A stretch of DNA of 24,000 bases from an uncultured Cryomorphaceae bacterium (lineage in GTDB: Bacteria; Bacteroidota; Bacteroidia; Flavobacteriales; Schleiferiaceae), in assembly GCA_963976435.1 (NCBI GenBank), contig CAXBKQ010000005.1:22511-46510 (forward strand), written 5' to 3'. The notes below the pieces were generated by a model. That model saw only the letters and a program-made list of their open reading frames with translations. It was not told the DNA's origin and searched no databases. The translations under genes and the position numbers were made by a program. Positions 7,682-16,656 of this stretch are shown piece after piece; the first letter of the stretch is position 1; each line of letters begins with the position of its first letter.

Positions 7682-8770
7682 ATGGCTAAGGCTAAAAAAC
7701 GATCTTTAATTAATGGTCTTATTTACAGCCTCAACATTTTAGCGGCTCTGGGATTGCTTGCCTCGTATTTAGCTTTTTATGTTCCACCAAATACAATTAG
7801 CATTTTTGCATTTTTTGCCTTGGCCTACCCTATTCTATTAGGATTAAACATTCTATTCACCATCTATTGGGCCCTACGGTTAAAAATAAAATTTATTCTA
7901 TCGGCATTAGTCATTATCATTGGCTTAGGCCATTTTAAAAAGCTATATAAATTTAAAGATAGCAGCAGCTTAATTAGCAATACTGATAAGCTCAAGCTGA
8001 TGTCTTATAATGTGAGGATGTTCAACTCCTACCAATGGATTCCAGAAGAAGGAATATCCGAAAAAATAAAATCAGAAGTGATTTCTGAATCACCAGATAT
8101 TTTGATGATTCAAGAATATTATAAAGGTGGAATTACACCCGACTTTGGCTTTAAATATAGTTTTGTAAAACCCACAAATATTAGCGGGAACTATGGATTA
8201 AGCATTTTTTCAAATTATCCAATTGTAAATACAGGAGCATTAGAATTAAGAGACCTAGGAGCCAATCAAGCGAGCTATAATAACCAATTTATTTTTGCGG
8301 ATATAGACTGGAATGGCCGGACTATAAGAACTATTAATATACACCTTGCCTCCATAGGTTTAGAAACCAGCGATTATCAAAGACTTCAAAATCCAAATGA
8401 AGGAAGCCAGGAAGAAATTAAGGATGGTTTTCTGAAAATAGTTAAGCAATTAGACAGGGCCTTTAAAAAACGTGCCGAACAAATTATTGCCTTAAAACGT
8501 GCCATCAATAGCAGCCCATATCCAGTAATAGTATGTGGAGATTTTAATGACACTCCTCAGTCCTACACCTACCACCAGGTAGATTTATTATTGGAAGATA
8601 GTTTTGTTCAAGAAGGAGAAGGCTTTGGCAAAACCTATGCTCGAGGCCCTATTCCTTTTCGAATAGATTATATTTTCCACTCTGATGAATTTAAAACCCA
8701 CAGTTTTAAAGTTGGAGAAAAAAAGCTTTCGGATCATTTTCCAGTGATTGCAGAAATAGGCATTCAATAA
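7682..8770 (+). CDS. Membrane-anchored endonuclease/exonuclease/phosphatase (EEP) family protein.
   Basis: The start is trimmed to MAKAKKRS (ATG 7682), 1 nt after the rhomboid stop. Three N-terminal hydrophobic helices are followed by an EEP fold with LKLMSYNVRMFN, ILMIQEY, VCGDFNDTP and the terminal SDHFPVIAEI motif. Confidence 0.85.
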   Translation: MAKAKKRSLINGLIYSLNILAALGLLASYLAFYVPPNTISIFAFFALAYPILLGLNILFTIYWALRLKIKFILSALVIIIGLGHFKKLYKFKDSSSLISNTDKLKLMSYNVRMFNSYQWIPEEGISEKIKSEVISESPDILMIQEYYKGGITPDFGFKYSFVKPTNISGNYGLSIFSNYPIVNTGALELRDLGANQASYNNQFIFADIDWNGRTIRTINIHLASIGLETSDYQRLQNPNEGSQEEIKDGFLKIVKQLDRAFKKRAEQIIALKRAINSSPYPVIVCGDFNDTPQSYTYHQVDLLLEDSFVQEGEGFGKTYARGPIPFRIDYIFHSDEFKTHSFKVGEKKLSDHFPVIAEIGIQ

Positions 8771-8827
8771 TTTTCATTTTAAGATTTCAAAGCTTAGCTT
8801 CGGTATTATTATTGCCTAAATAAAATT

Positions 8828-9967
8828 ATGGCCAAAGCTCTTCTTTTTATTCTCCTTTGTATCTCCTCTCCTTTAATCTTTGCGCAGGAGAATGATGAAT
8901 TGAGAGATATTCTAAATCTCCCCAAAAACGATTGTGAAAAATTTTCAGCACGGCACGCAGATAATATCTCCGACTTTAGACCAGATGATTTAGATTCTAT
9001 CGCCAAACACCTAGATTTATGGATAGCAGACTGTGGGTATAATGAAGCTGTTTTTAGGGTCTTTATCCTGATAAGCATTCAAGAAGGAGTTTTAAAAGAG
9101 GAGGATTTAGGTCCCGATTTTGAATACTTTCTAACAAACTACCAAACCAGGGTATGGGAATCGAAAACCTCATATTATCAAGAGACTTTTGAATTAGACA
9201 AAGAATACTTTCTATATGTGCCCCTTAAAAGTGAATTTGATAAATGGACTAAAAATTGGGCGAAAAAACTTTTATACACCAAGGAGTGGGGAGCTTTAGA
9301 ATTTTATTTTTTAAATATCTATGCCAATGATGAACCCTTTAATAAGGACATCGAAAATTCTAAATACGATTCTATAAAATTTATTCAGAAATGGAGAGCA
9401 GAAAAGCTGGAGGAAAGCAAATCTGCAACAGGGCTAAACCTCACTGTAGGAAGCTGGTCTCCTACCGGAATATTAAAAGAATATTTTGATGTTTCTCCAG
9501 CTATTGGCCTCTCTATCACCAAGTCTATCGATAAAAACTTTTTAATAGATTTAGGCATCAATTTCAGAATTCCTCAGAATAAAAGGGAATTTAGAATTAC
9601 CACTCTCGACAGCTCAGAACTTACATCATCGCACCTGGCTATTGAGTTATATGGGAATTTAGCCTATAGAGTTTGGACTTATAAAAGATTTACTATCAGT
9701 CCCTATTTAGGTGGAGGTTTTGATCTACTTTATACAGGGGTAGAAAAACCAGCTACCAATGAAGATGAAGAGCCTACAAATTACAGTATCAATACCTACA
9801 ATATCAATTTAGGTTTAGATTTAAATTTTAAAACTAAAAGCTATAACAGTTGGGGGCTGCGCGGAGAATATGTTATTATGGATTATAATAGAGGCCTTGT
9901 AGCATCCGATGATTTAGCTGGAAATGCCATTAGACTATTCCTATATTTCCGATTGAATTTAGGTTGA
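8828..9967 (+). CDS. Hypothetical exported protein with a helical N-terminal half and an outer-membrane beta-barrel-like C-terminal half.
   Basis: Signal peptide MAKALLFILLCISSPLIFAQ. From about aa 200 there are alternating amphipathic beta-strand patterns (GLNLTVGSWS, IGLSITKSI, FLIDLGINFRI, LAIELYGNLAYRVW, ISPYLGGGFDLLY, INLGLDLNF, WGLRGEYVIM, AIRLFLYFRL) that end near an aromatic C-terminus. No named family was recognised. Confidence 0.6.
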   Translation: MAKALLFILLCISSPLIFAQENDELRDILNLPKNDCEKFSARHADNISDFRPDDLDSIAKHLDLWIADCGYNEAVFRVFILISIQEGVLKEEDLGPDFEYFLTNYQTRVWESKTSYYQETFELDKEYFLYVPLKSEFDKWTKNWAKKLLYTKEWGALEFYFLNIYANDEPFNKDIENSKYDSIKFIQKWRAEKLEESKSATGLNLTVGSWSPTGILKEYFDVSPAIGLSITKSIDKNFLIDLGINFRIPQNKREFRITTLDSSELTSSHLAIELYGNLAYRVWTYKRFTISPYLGGGFDLLYTGVEKPATNEDEEPTNYSINTYNINLGLDLNFKTKSYNSWGLRGEYVIMDYNRGLVASDDLAGNAIRLFLYFRLNLG

Positions 9968-10011
9968 TCCTTTTTTGCATTAGCAGTAAATGATATTGCT
10001 ATTTTATTCTA

Positions 10012-11082
10012 TTAAACTTTTTCCTTTTTTGCCTTTTCTTGAGCTCTTACATTTCTCTCAATTTTATGCCCAGGTCTAGACCATTTTATTTTACCTTCTT
10101 TTCCTTCAACCTCGTGGTTTTCTTTTTGCTTTTTATAGGCTTGTTTTGGTTCTATACCCAATTCCTTAAACATGCTTAGATCATCTTTAATATCAGGGTT
10201 TGGAGTGGTTAGAAGTTTATCACCCGCAAAAATAGAGCTTGCACCAGCCATATAACAAAATGCCTGAGTTTCTTGATTCATACTAGTTCTTCCAGCGGAT
10301 AAGCGTACTACAGATTTTGGCAATACAATTCTTGTTACCGCCACCATTCTAATCATTTCCCAAGAACTAACTACTTGCTGTTCCTCTAAAGGAGTACCTT
10401 CAACAGGAACCAGGGCATTTATAGGTACAGATTCGGGTTGAGGATTTAAAATAGAAAGAGTATGCAACATATCGCAGCGGTCCTTCCAAGATTCTCCCAT
10501 TCCAATAATCCCACCAGAGCAAACGGTTACACCTGTTTTTCTAACATTATCAATAGTTTTTAGTCTATCCTCATACCCTCTAGTTGAAATCACTTCCTTA
10601 TAATATTCTTCGGAAGTATCTATATTATGGTTATAAGCATAAAGACCAGCATTGGCCAATCGTTTTGCTTGATTCTCGGTAAGCATCCCCAAGGTACAAC
10701 ACACCTCAAGTCCAATTTCATTAACAGTTGAGACCATATCCAAAACCTGCTCAAACTCCTCATTATCCCTTACATTTCGCCAGGCAGCGCCCATGCAAAG
10801 ACGAGAAGAACCAGATTCTTTTGCCCTTAGTGCCGCAGCTTTTACCTGATGAAGAGTCATCAAATCATTTTTCTCAATATCGGTATGATACCTAGCCGCT
10901 TGTGGACAATAACCACAATCCTCTGGGCAGCCCCCAGTTTTTATGGATAATAAGGTGCTAATTTGAACTTCATTCTTGGGATGAAATTCTCTATGAACAG
11001 TTGCTGCCTCATATACCAATTCCAGCAAGGGCTTTTCGTATAAGGCATAAATTTCTTCTTTGGTCCAATCTGTTTTTTGCAT
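10012..11082 (-). CDS. bioB: Biotin synthase (radical SAM).
   Basis: CxxxCxxC radical-SAM motif [10 protein letters not shown]. Also YNHNIDTS and a GMGES-type block (GIIGMGES). Overall colinearity with BioB. It is the last gene of the bio operon. Confidence 0.95.
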   Translation of the reverse strand: MQKTDWTKEEIYALYEKPLLELVYEAATVHREFHPKNEVQISTLLSIKTGGCPEDCGYCPQAARYHTDIEKNDLMTLHQVKAAALRAKESGSSRLCMGAAWRNVRDNEEFEQVLDMVSTVNEIGLEVCCTLGMLTENQAKRLANAGLYAYNHNIDTSEEYYKEVISTRGYEDRLKTIDNVRKTGVTVCSGGIIGMGESWKDRCDMLHTLSILNPQPESVPINALVPVEGTPLEEQQVVSSWEMIRMVAVTRIVLPKSVVRLSAGRTSMNQETQAFCYMAGASSIFAGDKLLTTPNPDIKDDLSMFKELGIEPKQAYKKQKENHEVEGKEGKIKWSRPGHKIERNVRAQEKAKKEKV

Positions 11083-11085
11083 AAA

Positions 11086-12234
11086 TCAACTATTACTTTC
11101 AACTATAATACTAATGGCATTTCCGCCAAAACCAAGGCTGTTAATCATTATTTTTCTTGCCTTCCCCTCACTATTCTTCTTTAAATAAGGTGGGAAGAAA
11201 ATTTTTCCTGAATGAAGCATCAAAATGGCCATTTCCAAACTCAGTAAACCTGAGGCTCCTAAAGTATGTCCCAATTTCCATTTATTGGAAGTGACTTCCG
11301 GAAAATTATCACCAAAAACCTTTTCAATAGCTTTTAGTTCTGCCGCATCTCCTTTTTTTGTTCCTGGAGCATGGCAAATTATTAAATCTATAGTATCCTT
11401 TTCATGAGCTTCTAATGCTGCTGTCATAGCCTTTTGGATATTAAAGGCTTCCGAACTTAGCCCAGTTATATTTGGTGCCTTTTCCATGCCATATCCCATT
11501 CCGGTAATTCGTGCCAAATAGGCTGTATCTCTTTTTGCAGATTCAATAGAAACACAAGCTGCGCCCTCCCCTAATACCATGGTGTTTGTGTCCTTGTTCA
11601 AGTCCAATGATCTATTTGGATATTCACCATTTAATTTAGAGTAAAGACCTAAAGATTTTAACTGTTGTATAAAAAAGGGAGTTAAGGGTGCTTCCGTACC
11701 ACCTACTAAAACCTTCTCCTTCATTCCAGATTGTAGCCAAACAATTCCTTGAATCAAGGCATGAAAACTGGAACTGCAGGTCATGGAAAGTGTGTCATTA
11801 AAACCACCGATTCCAAATTGCCGAGCTACCAATGCCGAAATATTTCCCATGCTTGTTAATGGCGATGTAAAAGGATGGATGGCCTGACCTTTTAAATGGA
11901 GTTCATGATTATTTTCCAATTGTTCTGCCGCTCCTCTGGAGGATCCAAAAAATACAGCGCTATCCTCATAATCTTTCCAATCTGTAGTTTCTAAACAAAC
12001 TTTGCTTACCTGCAAGGCCATCAATAAGCTTTTATCGGCATGTGAAAAAGCTCTATCCCAATCTCTAATTTCCTCAAATATTGGATAGGAAAATTCACCT
12101 AGAGGTACCTGCCAATCATTATTCCTTTTTTGGATATAGCTGGAATTGTTGTTGTAGGCATTCAATATCTCCTCAGAATTTTTTCCCAAGGCAGAAATAC
12201 TTCCCAGTGCTTTTATACCAATGGACAGTTTCAT
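11086..12234 (-). CDS. Beta-ketoacyl-ACP synthase, KAS I/II (FabF/FabB) type, embedded in the biotin operon.
   Basis: Thiolase-fold condensing enzyme with the Cys-His-His triad context intact: SMTCSSSFHAL (Cys), ICHAPGTKKGDAAE (His) and NKWKLGHTLGASG (Lys and His). It ends with GFGGNAISIIVE. At 382 aa it is shorter than typical FabF/FabB. It sits 3 nt from both bioA and bioB. Confidence 0.85.
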   Translation of the reverse strand: MKLSIGIKALGSISALGKNSEEILNAYNNNSSYIQKRNNDWQVPLGEFSYPIFEEIRDWDRAFSHADKSLLMALQVSKVCLETTDWKDYEDSAVFFGSSRGAAEQLENNHELHLKGQAIHPFTSPLTSMGNISALVARQFGIGGFNDTLSMTCSSSFHALIQGIVWLQSGMKEKVLVGGTEAPLTPFFIQQLKSLGLYSKLNGEYPNRSLDLNKDTNTMVLGEGAACVSIESAKRDTAYLARITGMGYGMEKAPNITGLSSEAFNIQKAMTAALEAHEKDTIDLIICHAPGTKKGDAAELKAIEKVFGDNFPEVTSNKWKLGHTLGASGLLSLEMAILMLHSGKIFFPPYLKKNSEGKARKIMINSLGFGGNAISIIVESNS

Positions 12235-12237
12235 GCC

Positions 12238-13530
12238 TTAATTCTCATCATTTTGTTTAGCTTCCAACCAGAGCAAAGCTTCGCGAATAGCACTGTAAAC
12301 CCTATCCAATTGCTTTGGGTTAAAAGACAAGGGAGGGAAAATATAAATCACATTTCCCAATGGTCTTAATAAAATCCCCCTTTCCATAAAAAAGCGGTAA
12401 AGGTCATCACGAATAGAACTTAAATAGCCTTTTGAGTCGGTTTTAACATCAAAGGCAAACAAAGTTCCTGTAGACCTCGCGTTTTCAATACAGGGGTGAT
12501 CTTTTATTTCTTGAACAAAATCTGAATGGCTTTTGGAAAGCCACTGAATTTTATCCAGGTTTTCGGCTTTCAACAATAAATCTAAACTTGCCAAAGCCGC
12601 TGCACAGCCTATGGGATTTGCGGTAAAGGAATGTCCATGGTAAAAGGTTTTTAATTTATCATCATCGTAAAAAGCTTGATAAATTTTCTCCGAACAGCTA
12701 GTAATGGATAGGGGTAAAAAGCCAGCAGTAAGCGCTTTTGAAAAACACATTAGATCTGGGCTGATATCTACAGAATGTGAGGCAAATAAATATCCTGTTC
12801 TACCAAAACCTACAGCAACTTCATCGGCAATGCAAAGCACATCAGCAGATTTAGCCATCTGCATCAGCTTTTTTAGGGCTTCGGGCTCGTACATTCTCAT
12901 TCCCGCCGCACCTTGAACCAGAGGTTCATAAATAAATGCTGCTACATCACCCGGTTCAATGGCCTTTTTCATAGCCTCGAATGACTTTTCCTCATCACCT
13001 TTTTGAGGTAGTGGAATATGAATTACTTCAAAACATAGCTTCCGAAAGTGATCGTTGAATACGGAAGGACCACTTACAGCCATAGCTCCAAAGGTTTCGC
13101 CATGGAAGGCCTCTTCAAAGGCTATTATTTTGGTTTTCTGTATTCCTTGATTTAGAAAATACTGTATGGCCATTTTTACAGCAATTTCCACAGCTGTAGA
13201 ACCATTATCGCTATAAAAAACCTTGCTTTGATTCAGCTTTACAACCGCTAGTAATTTTTCCGCTAATTCTATGGCTGAAGGATGGGTAAAGCCAGCGAAA
13301 ATTACATGTTCTAGTTCCAGCATTTGCTGGTGTATCCTTTCTACAATATCCTTTTGAGAATGTCCATGTAAATTCACCCACCAGGAGGAAATTGCATCTA
13401 GGTATTTGTTGCCTTCTTCATCGATTAAATAACTTCCTTCACCTTTTACAATAGCTATAGGGTCGTCTATAGTTTTCATTTGTGAATAAGGATGCCAAAT
13501 CACATTTTTGTCTCTTTCAATCCAATCCAT
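12238..13530 (-). CDS. bioA: Adenosylmethionine-8-amino-7-oxononanoate aminotransferase.
   Basis: Class III aminotransferase. Motifs seen are VIWHPYSQMK, WWVNLHGH, ADEVAVGFGRTG and the PLP-lysine context CFSKALTAGFLPLS. Confidence 0.95.
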   Translation of the reverse strand: MDWIERDKNVIWHPYSQMKTIDDPIAIVKGEGSYLIDEEGNKYLDAISSWWVNLHGHSQKDIVERIHQQMLELEHVIFAGFTHPSAIELAEKLLAVVKLNQSKVFYSDNGSTAVEIAVKMAIQYFLNQGIQKTKIIAFEEAFHGETFGAMAVSGPSVFNDHFRKLCFEVIHIPLPQKGDEEKSFEAMKKAIEPGDVAAFIYEPLVQGAAGMRMYEPEALKKLMQMAKSADVLCIADEVAVGFGRTGYLFASHSVDISPDLMCFSKALTAGFLPLSITSCSEKIYQAFYDDDKLKTFYHGHSFTANPIGCAAALASLDLLLKAENLDKIQWLSKSHSDFVQEIKDHPCIENARSTGTLFAFDVKTDSKGYLSSIRDDLYRFFMERGILLRPLGNVIYIFPPLSFNPKQLDRVYSAIREALLWLEAKQNDEN

Positions 13531-14158
13531 CTAATATCTTTAAAAGTCTTACTCTAATTTTTTCAGCCTCCAATGCAATAGACCCTGAATTAAGTAATTC
13601 CATATTATCAATCCACAAAACCTTTTCTTGCAAGCCCGAAAAATGCTTGAGAATAATATCCTCAGATTCAATATTTCTAGTTCCTGTAAAAATTAATGCC
13701 CCTATTTCTAGTCCTTGGGATTTGAGCATCTCCAAGCTTAAAAGGCTGTGATTTATACTGCCCAAATAGGCCTGGGAAACAAGAACAATAGGAACATTAA
13801 GATGTTTTATCAAATCCAAAATACATTCGCGATCATTTAAAGGAACCATTAATCCTCCAGCCCCTTCAATTATTAGATGATTCTCAGTTTCTGGAATATG
13901 GAATTTTTTCAATTCAATTTCCACAGCCTCCTCCTTAGCCGAATAATGAGGAGAAGCAGGGATTTTAAAAGCGTAGGTTTCAGGGTGAATCTTCCCAACA
14001 TTTTTAGACCACTCTTGGATTTTATGGGAGTCGCTATAATTTAAATCACCACTTTGAATGGGTTTCCAATAATCAGCCTTTAAAGCCTCTACCAGCACAG
14101 CACTGGTTACTGTTTTCCCTACCTCGGTTCCTATTCCTGTTACAAAAATCCTTTTCAT
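13517..14158 (-). CDS. bioD: Dethiobiotin synthase (ATP-dependent).
   Basis: P-loop IFVTGIGTEVGKT, then IIEGAGGLMVPL. The length (213 aa) and the operon context both fit. It overlaps bioA by 14 nt and bioF by 4 nt. Confidence 0.93.
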   Translation of the reverse strand: MKRIFVTGIGTEVGKTVTSAVLVEALKADYWKPIQSGDLNYSDSHKIQEWSKNVGKIHPETYAFKIPASPHYSAKEEAVEIELKKFHIPETENHLIIEGAGGLMVPLNDRECILDLIKHLNVPIVLVSQAYLGSINHSLLSLEMLKSQGLEIGALIFTGTRNIESEDIILKHFSGLQEKVLWIDNMELLNSGSIALEAEKIRVRLLKILDGLD

Positions 14159-15240
14159 AGTAAATCCAGCAATAAATCTATTTCCTTTTTAGAATTAAAG
14201 GAGTGCAAACATAAACGTAATCCTTCAAAGCCTTTTGCTACGGTGGGCTGTAATACCGGAGCTATATTGATTTTATGTTGAAACATTTTCTGAGAAAGGT
14301 CTTTTGCTTTTTGATTCCCAGAAACTTGAATGAATTGGATAGGCGATTTATTTGTTAATATGTTTTGCTTGATTTTTAATTGAGAACGATAATAATTTAC
14401 GTTTTCCCATAATTTTTCTCTCTCTTCATTCGCTCCTTTAACCTGGCTAAGGCCAGTTTGAAGTGAACGAACTTGATGCGGTGGCAAGGAGGTAGAATAA
14501 ATCAAACTATTAGCGAAGTTAAGGAGGTATTCTTTTAATAATTGAGAACCCAGCACTGCTGCTCCATGTTGGCCAAAGGCCTTACCAAAGCCAAGCATCC
14601 TCGCAAAAATCTTGGATTCCAATTTCAATTCAGAGGCCAATCCTTGACCTTGTATAGCAAAAATTCCATTGCTATGGGCCTCATCCAAAAGTATTGCTGC
14701 ATCATACTTTGTGGCTATTCCAATCAATTTCTTCAATTCTAAAATACTTCCATCCATAGAATAAAGGCTTTCTACTGCTATAAAAATATTTTTTTCCTCA
14801 GCAGCCTCAAGCTTGGATTCTAAATCCCTGAAATCATTATGTTTAAATTTTAGGGCTCGCGCCTGGGAAAGTACTATTCCTTGACGGATTGAATTATGAA
14901 TTTGGGCATCAAATAAAATAAGGTCGCCCTTTCTTGGAACAGAAGCGAAAAGCGCCAAGTTTGCATCAAAACCCGAATTAAATAATAGTGCTTCTGCATT
15001 ATAAAATTCAGATAGCTCTTTTTCAAAAGCATGGTGAATATGGTGATTACCCGCTAAAAGGCGAGATCCACCAGATCCTGAAGCTTCTAAATTTTGGGAT
15101 TCAAATTTCTTAGAAAGGCCTAGATAATCATTGCTAAAAAAATCAATATGGTCGCTTGGCCAAATTTTGAGTTTCCTCAATAAATGATCTTTTTCCCTTT
15201 TCTCAAGTCTAGTTTTTAAATTTTCTTGATACTTGTCCAC
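14155..15240 (-). CDS. bioF: 8-amino-7-oxononanoate synthase.
   Basis: Alpha-oxoamine synthase motifs FFSNDYLGL, DEAHSNG and the PLP-lysine context GFGKAFGQHGAAV. The start codon is GTG (15240..15238). No in-frame ATG lies nearby. Confidence 0.9.
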   Translation of the reverse strand: MDKYQENLKTRLEKREKDHLLRKLKIWPSDHIDFFSNDYLGLSKKFESQNLEASGSGGSRLLAGNHHIHHAFEKELSEFYNAEALLFNSGFDANLALFASVPRKGDLILFDAQIHNSIRQGIVLSQARALKFKHNDFRDLESKLEAAEEKNIFIAVESLYSMDGSILELKKLIGIATKYDAAILLDEAHSNGIFAIQGQGLASELKLESKIFARMLGFGKAFGQHGAAVLGSQLLKEYLLNFANSLIYSTSLPPHQVRSLQTGLSQVKGANEEREKLWENVNYYRSQLKIKQNILTNKSPIQFIQVSGNQKAKDLSQKMFQHKINIAPVLQPTVAKGFEGLRLCLHSFNSKKEIDLLLDLL

Positions 15241-15345
15241 CCTGCAAAAATGCAGATAATATGCTCATGATACTGCTTTTGGACCATGTGAAATATCAAC
15301 AGCCAAAATCCATTCATCCCCTATTTATCCTTAAGAAGAATATTA

Positions 15346-16656
15346 TTAATCAAAAATCAAATTCACCAATGACCTGGTCCTAACCTTAGAGCCTAACTTA
15401 TGGAGTAATGAATACAAACCAAAATAGGTTCTTGTAAGGTATAGACTATCTTTTGGACCTCTTGCTGCTTTGGCCTTCCTCAGCATTTTATCCTTAGAAA
15501 ATCTATCACTCATGCTATAAATTTCCTGGAAATAGTTTCCATCAGCAAAATCAAATTCATCAGCAAAAAATGGAGTACATAATAGATTGTGCATTTCCTG
15601 ATACATTTTAGAAAAATGTCTTACTTCCTCCTGGGAATCATCTTCCAAAAGAAATTTAAGGTCGAACAAAAGTTTTGTGAATTTTTCATCGTTTTGAGAG
15701 ATTCCAGGTTCCATCAGGCGGAAATAATTCATATAAAAATCTTCGGGAAATTCCTTTATACAACCAAAATCAATTACACCAAGACTAGCATCTTCTCTCA
15801 TTAAAAAATTTCCGGGATGAGGATCAGCATGAACCTTTCGTAAGGTGTGGATTTGGAAATCATAGAAATCCCATAAAATTTGCCCTATTCTATCCCTAAC
15901 ATCCTGACTGGGATTTAAAGCTAAAAATTCATTTAGATGTCTTCCCGAAAGCCAATCCATGGTTAATATCCTTTCCGAGCTATATTCGGCATAATACTTA
16001 GGAAATTCTAATCCTTCAATATGTTTACAAGACAATGCAATTTCCTTTGATCGCTTTAATTCCAGTTTATAATCTGTTTCCTCAATAAGCCTAGCTCCTA
16101 TTTCCTCTAGGTAATAATCTAACTCTGAGGAGCTAATTTTAAACATAGAACTCACAATAGGTTTAATAATTCTAAGGTCAGAATGGATGCTATCTGCCAC
16201 CCCAGGGTATTGAACTTTTACTGCCATGGATTTACCCTCTACTTCAGCCTTGTGAACCTGGCCGATTGAGGCGGCGGCAAAAGCATTTTTAGAAAAACTA
16301 GAAAATATTTCTGAAGGGGATTTAGAAAGCTGGTCTCTAAAGGTCTTTACAACAAGAGGATATGAAAGCGGAGGGGCAGAATATTGAGCTTGACTAAATT
16401 TTTGAGAAAAAGCACCTGGTAATATCCCTTCATCCATGCTCATCATTTGAGCCACTTTTAAGGCACTACCTTTTAGTTTGCTAAGAGAATCATAAATATC
16501 ACTTGCATTATCTTTATGCAGTTCTTCTTCATTTCCTTCTCCAATTATTCTTTTGCCGTAATATTTTAGGTAATTTCCACCAACCTTTGCTCCAGTTTTT
16601 AGGAAACTTCCTGTCCTTGAAAACTTACTTGTAGGTATTTTGTCCTGTTCTTTCAT
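15346..16656 (-). CDS. ABC1/UbiB (AarF) family atypical protein kinase.
   Basis: ABC1 signature AAASIGQVHKA, catalytic-loop motif HADPHPGNF, and the DFG equivalent VIDFGC. Length is 436 aa. Confidence 0.9.
   Translation of the reverse strand: MKEQDKIPTSKFSRTGSFLKTGAKVGGNYLKYYGKRIIGEGNEEELHKDNASDIYDSLSKLKGSALKVAQMMSMDEGILPGAFSQKFSQAQYSAPPLSYPLVVKTFRDQLSKSPSEIFSSFSKNAFAAASIGQVHKAEVEGKSMAVKVQYPGVADSIHSDLRIIKPIVSSMFKISSSELDYYLEEIGARLIEETDYKLELKRSKEIALSCKHIEGLEFPKYYAEYSSERILTMDWLSGRHLNEFLALNPSQDVRDRIGQILWDFYDFQIHTLRKVHADPHPGNFLMREDASLGVIDFGCIKEFPEDFYMNYFRLMEPGISQNDEKFTKLLFDLKFLLEDDSQEEVRHFSKMYQEMHNLLCTPFFADEFDFADGNYFQEIYSMSDRFSKDKMLRKAKAARGPKDSLYLTRTYFGLYSLLHKLGSKVRTRSLVNLIFD

Noticed and set aside
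9968-10011. Possible terminator between the convergent genes 8828..9967 and bioB (TAGCA-N11-TGCTA).
   Set aside because: The stem is only 5 bp and AT-rich, with a large loop and no clear flanking U-tract. It is not convincing as an intrinsic terminator.
15242-15255. Palindrome CTGCA-AAAA-TGCAG immediately upstream of the bioF GTG start, considered as a possible BirA/biotin operator.
   Set aside because: It is only a 5-bp inverted repeat, which is easily expected by chance in a 105-nt region. It does not resemble any biotin operator I know (E. coli bioO, BioR or BioQ sites). It also overlaps the candidate -7 box. I noted it but do not call it a feature.
11225-15804. + strand ORFs opposite the biotin and UbiB genes (11225..11407, 12130..12369, 12704..12916, 13482..13751, 14542..14742, 15589..15804).
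   Set aside because: Each is fully antisense to a confidently identified enzyme gene. No motifs were recognised, so I consider them spurious.
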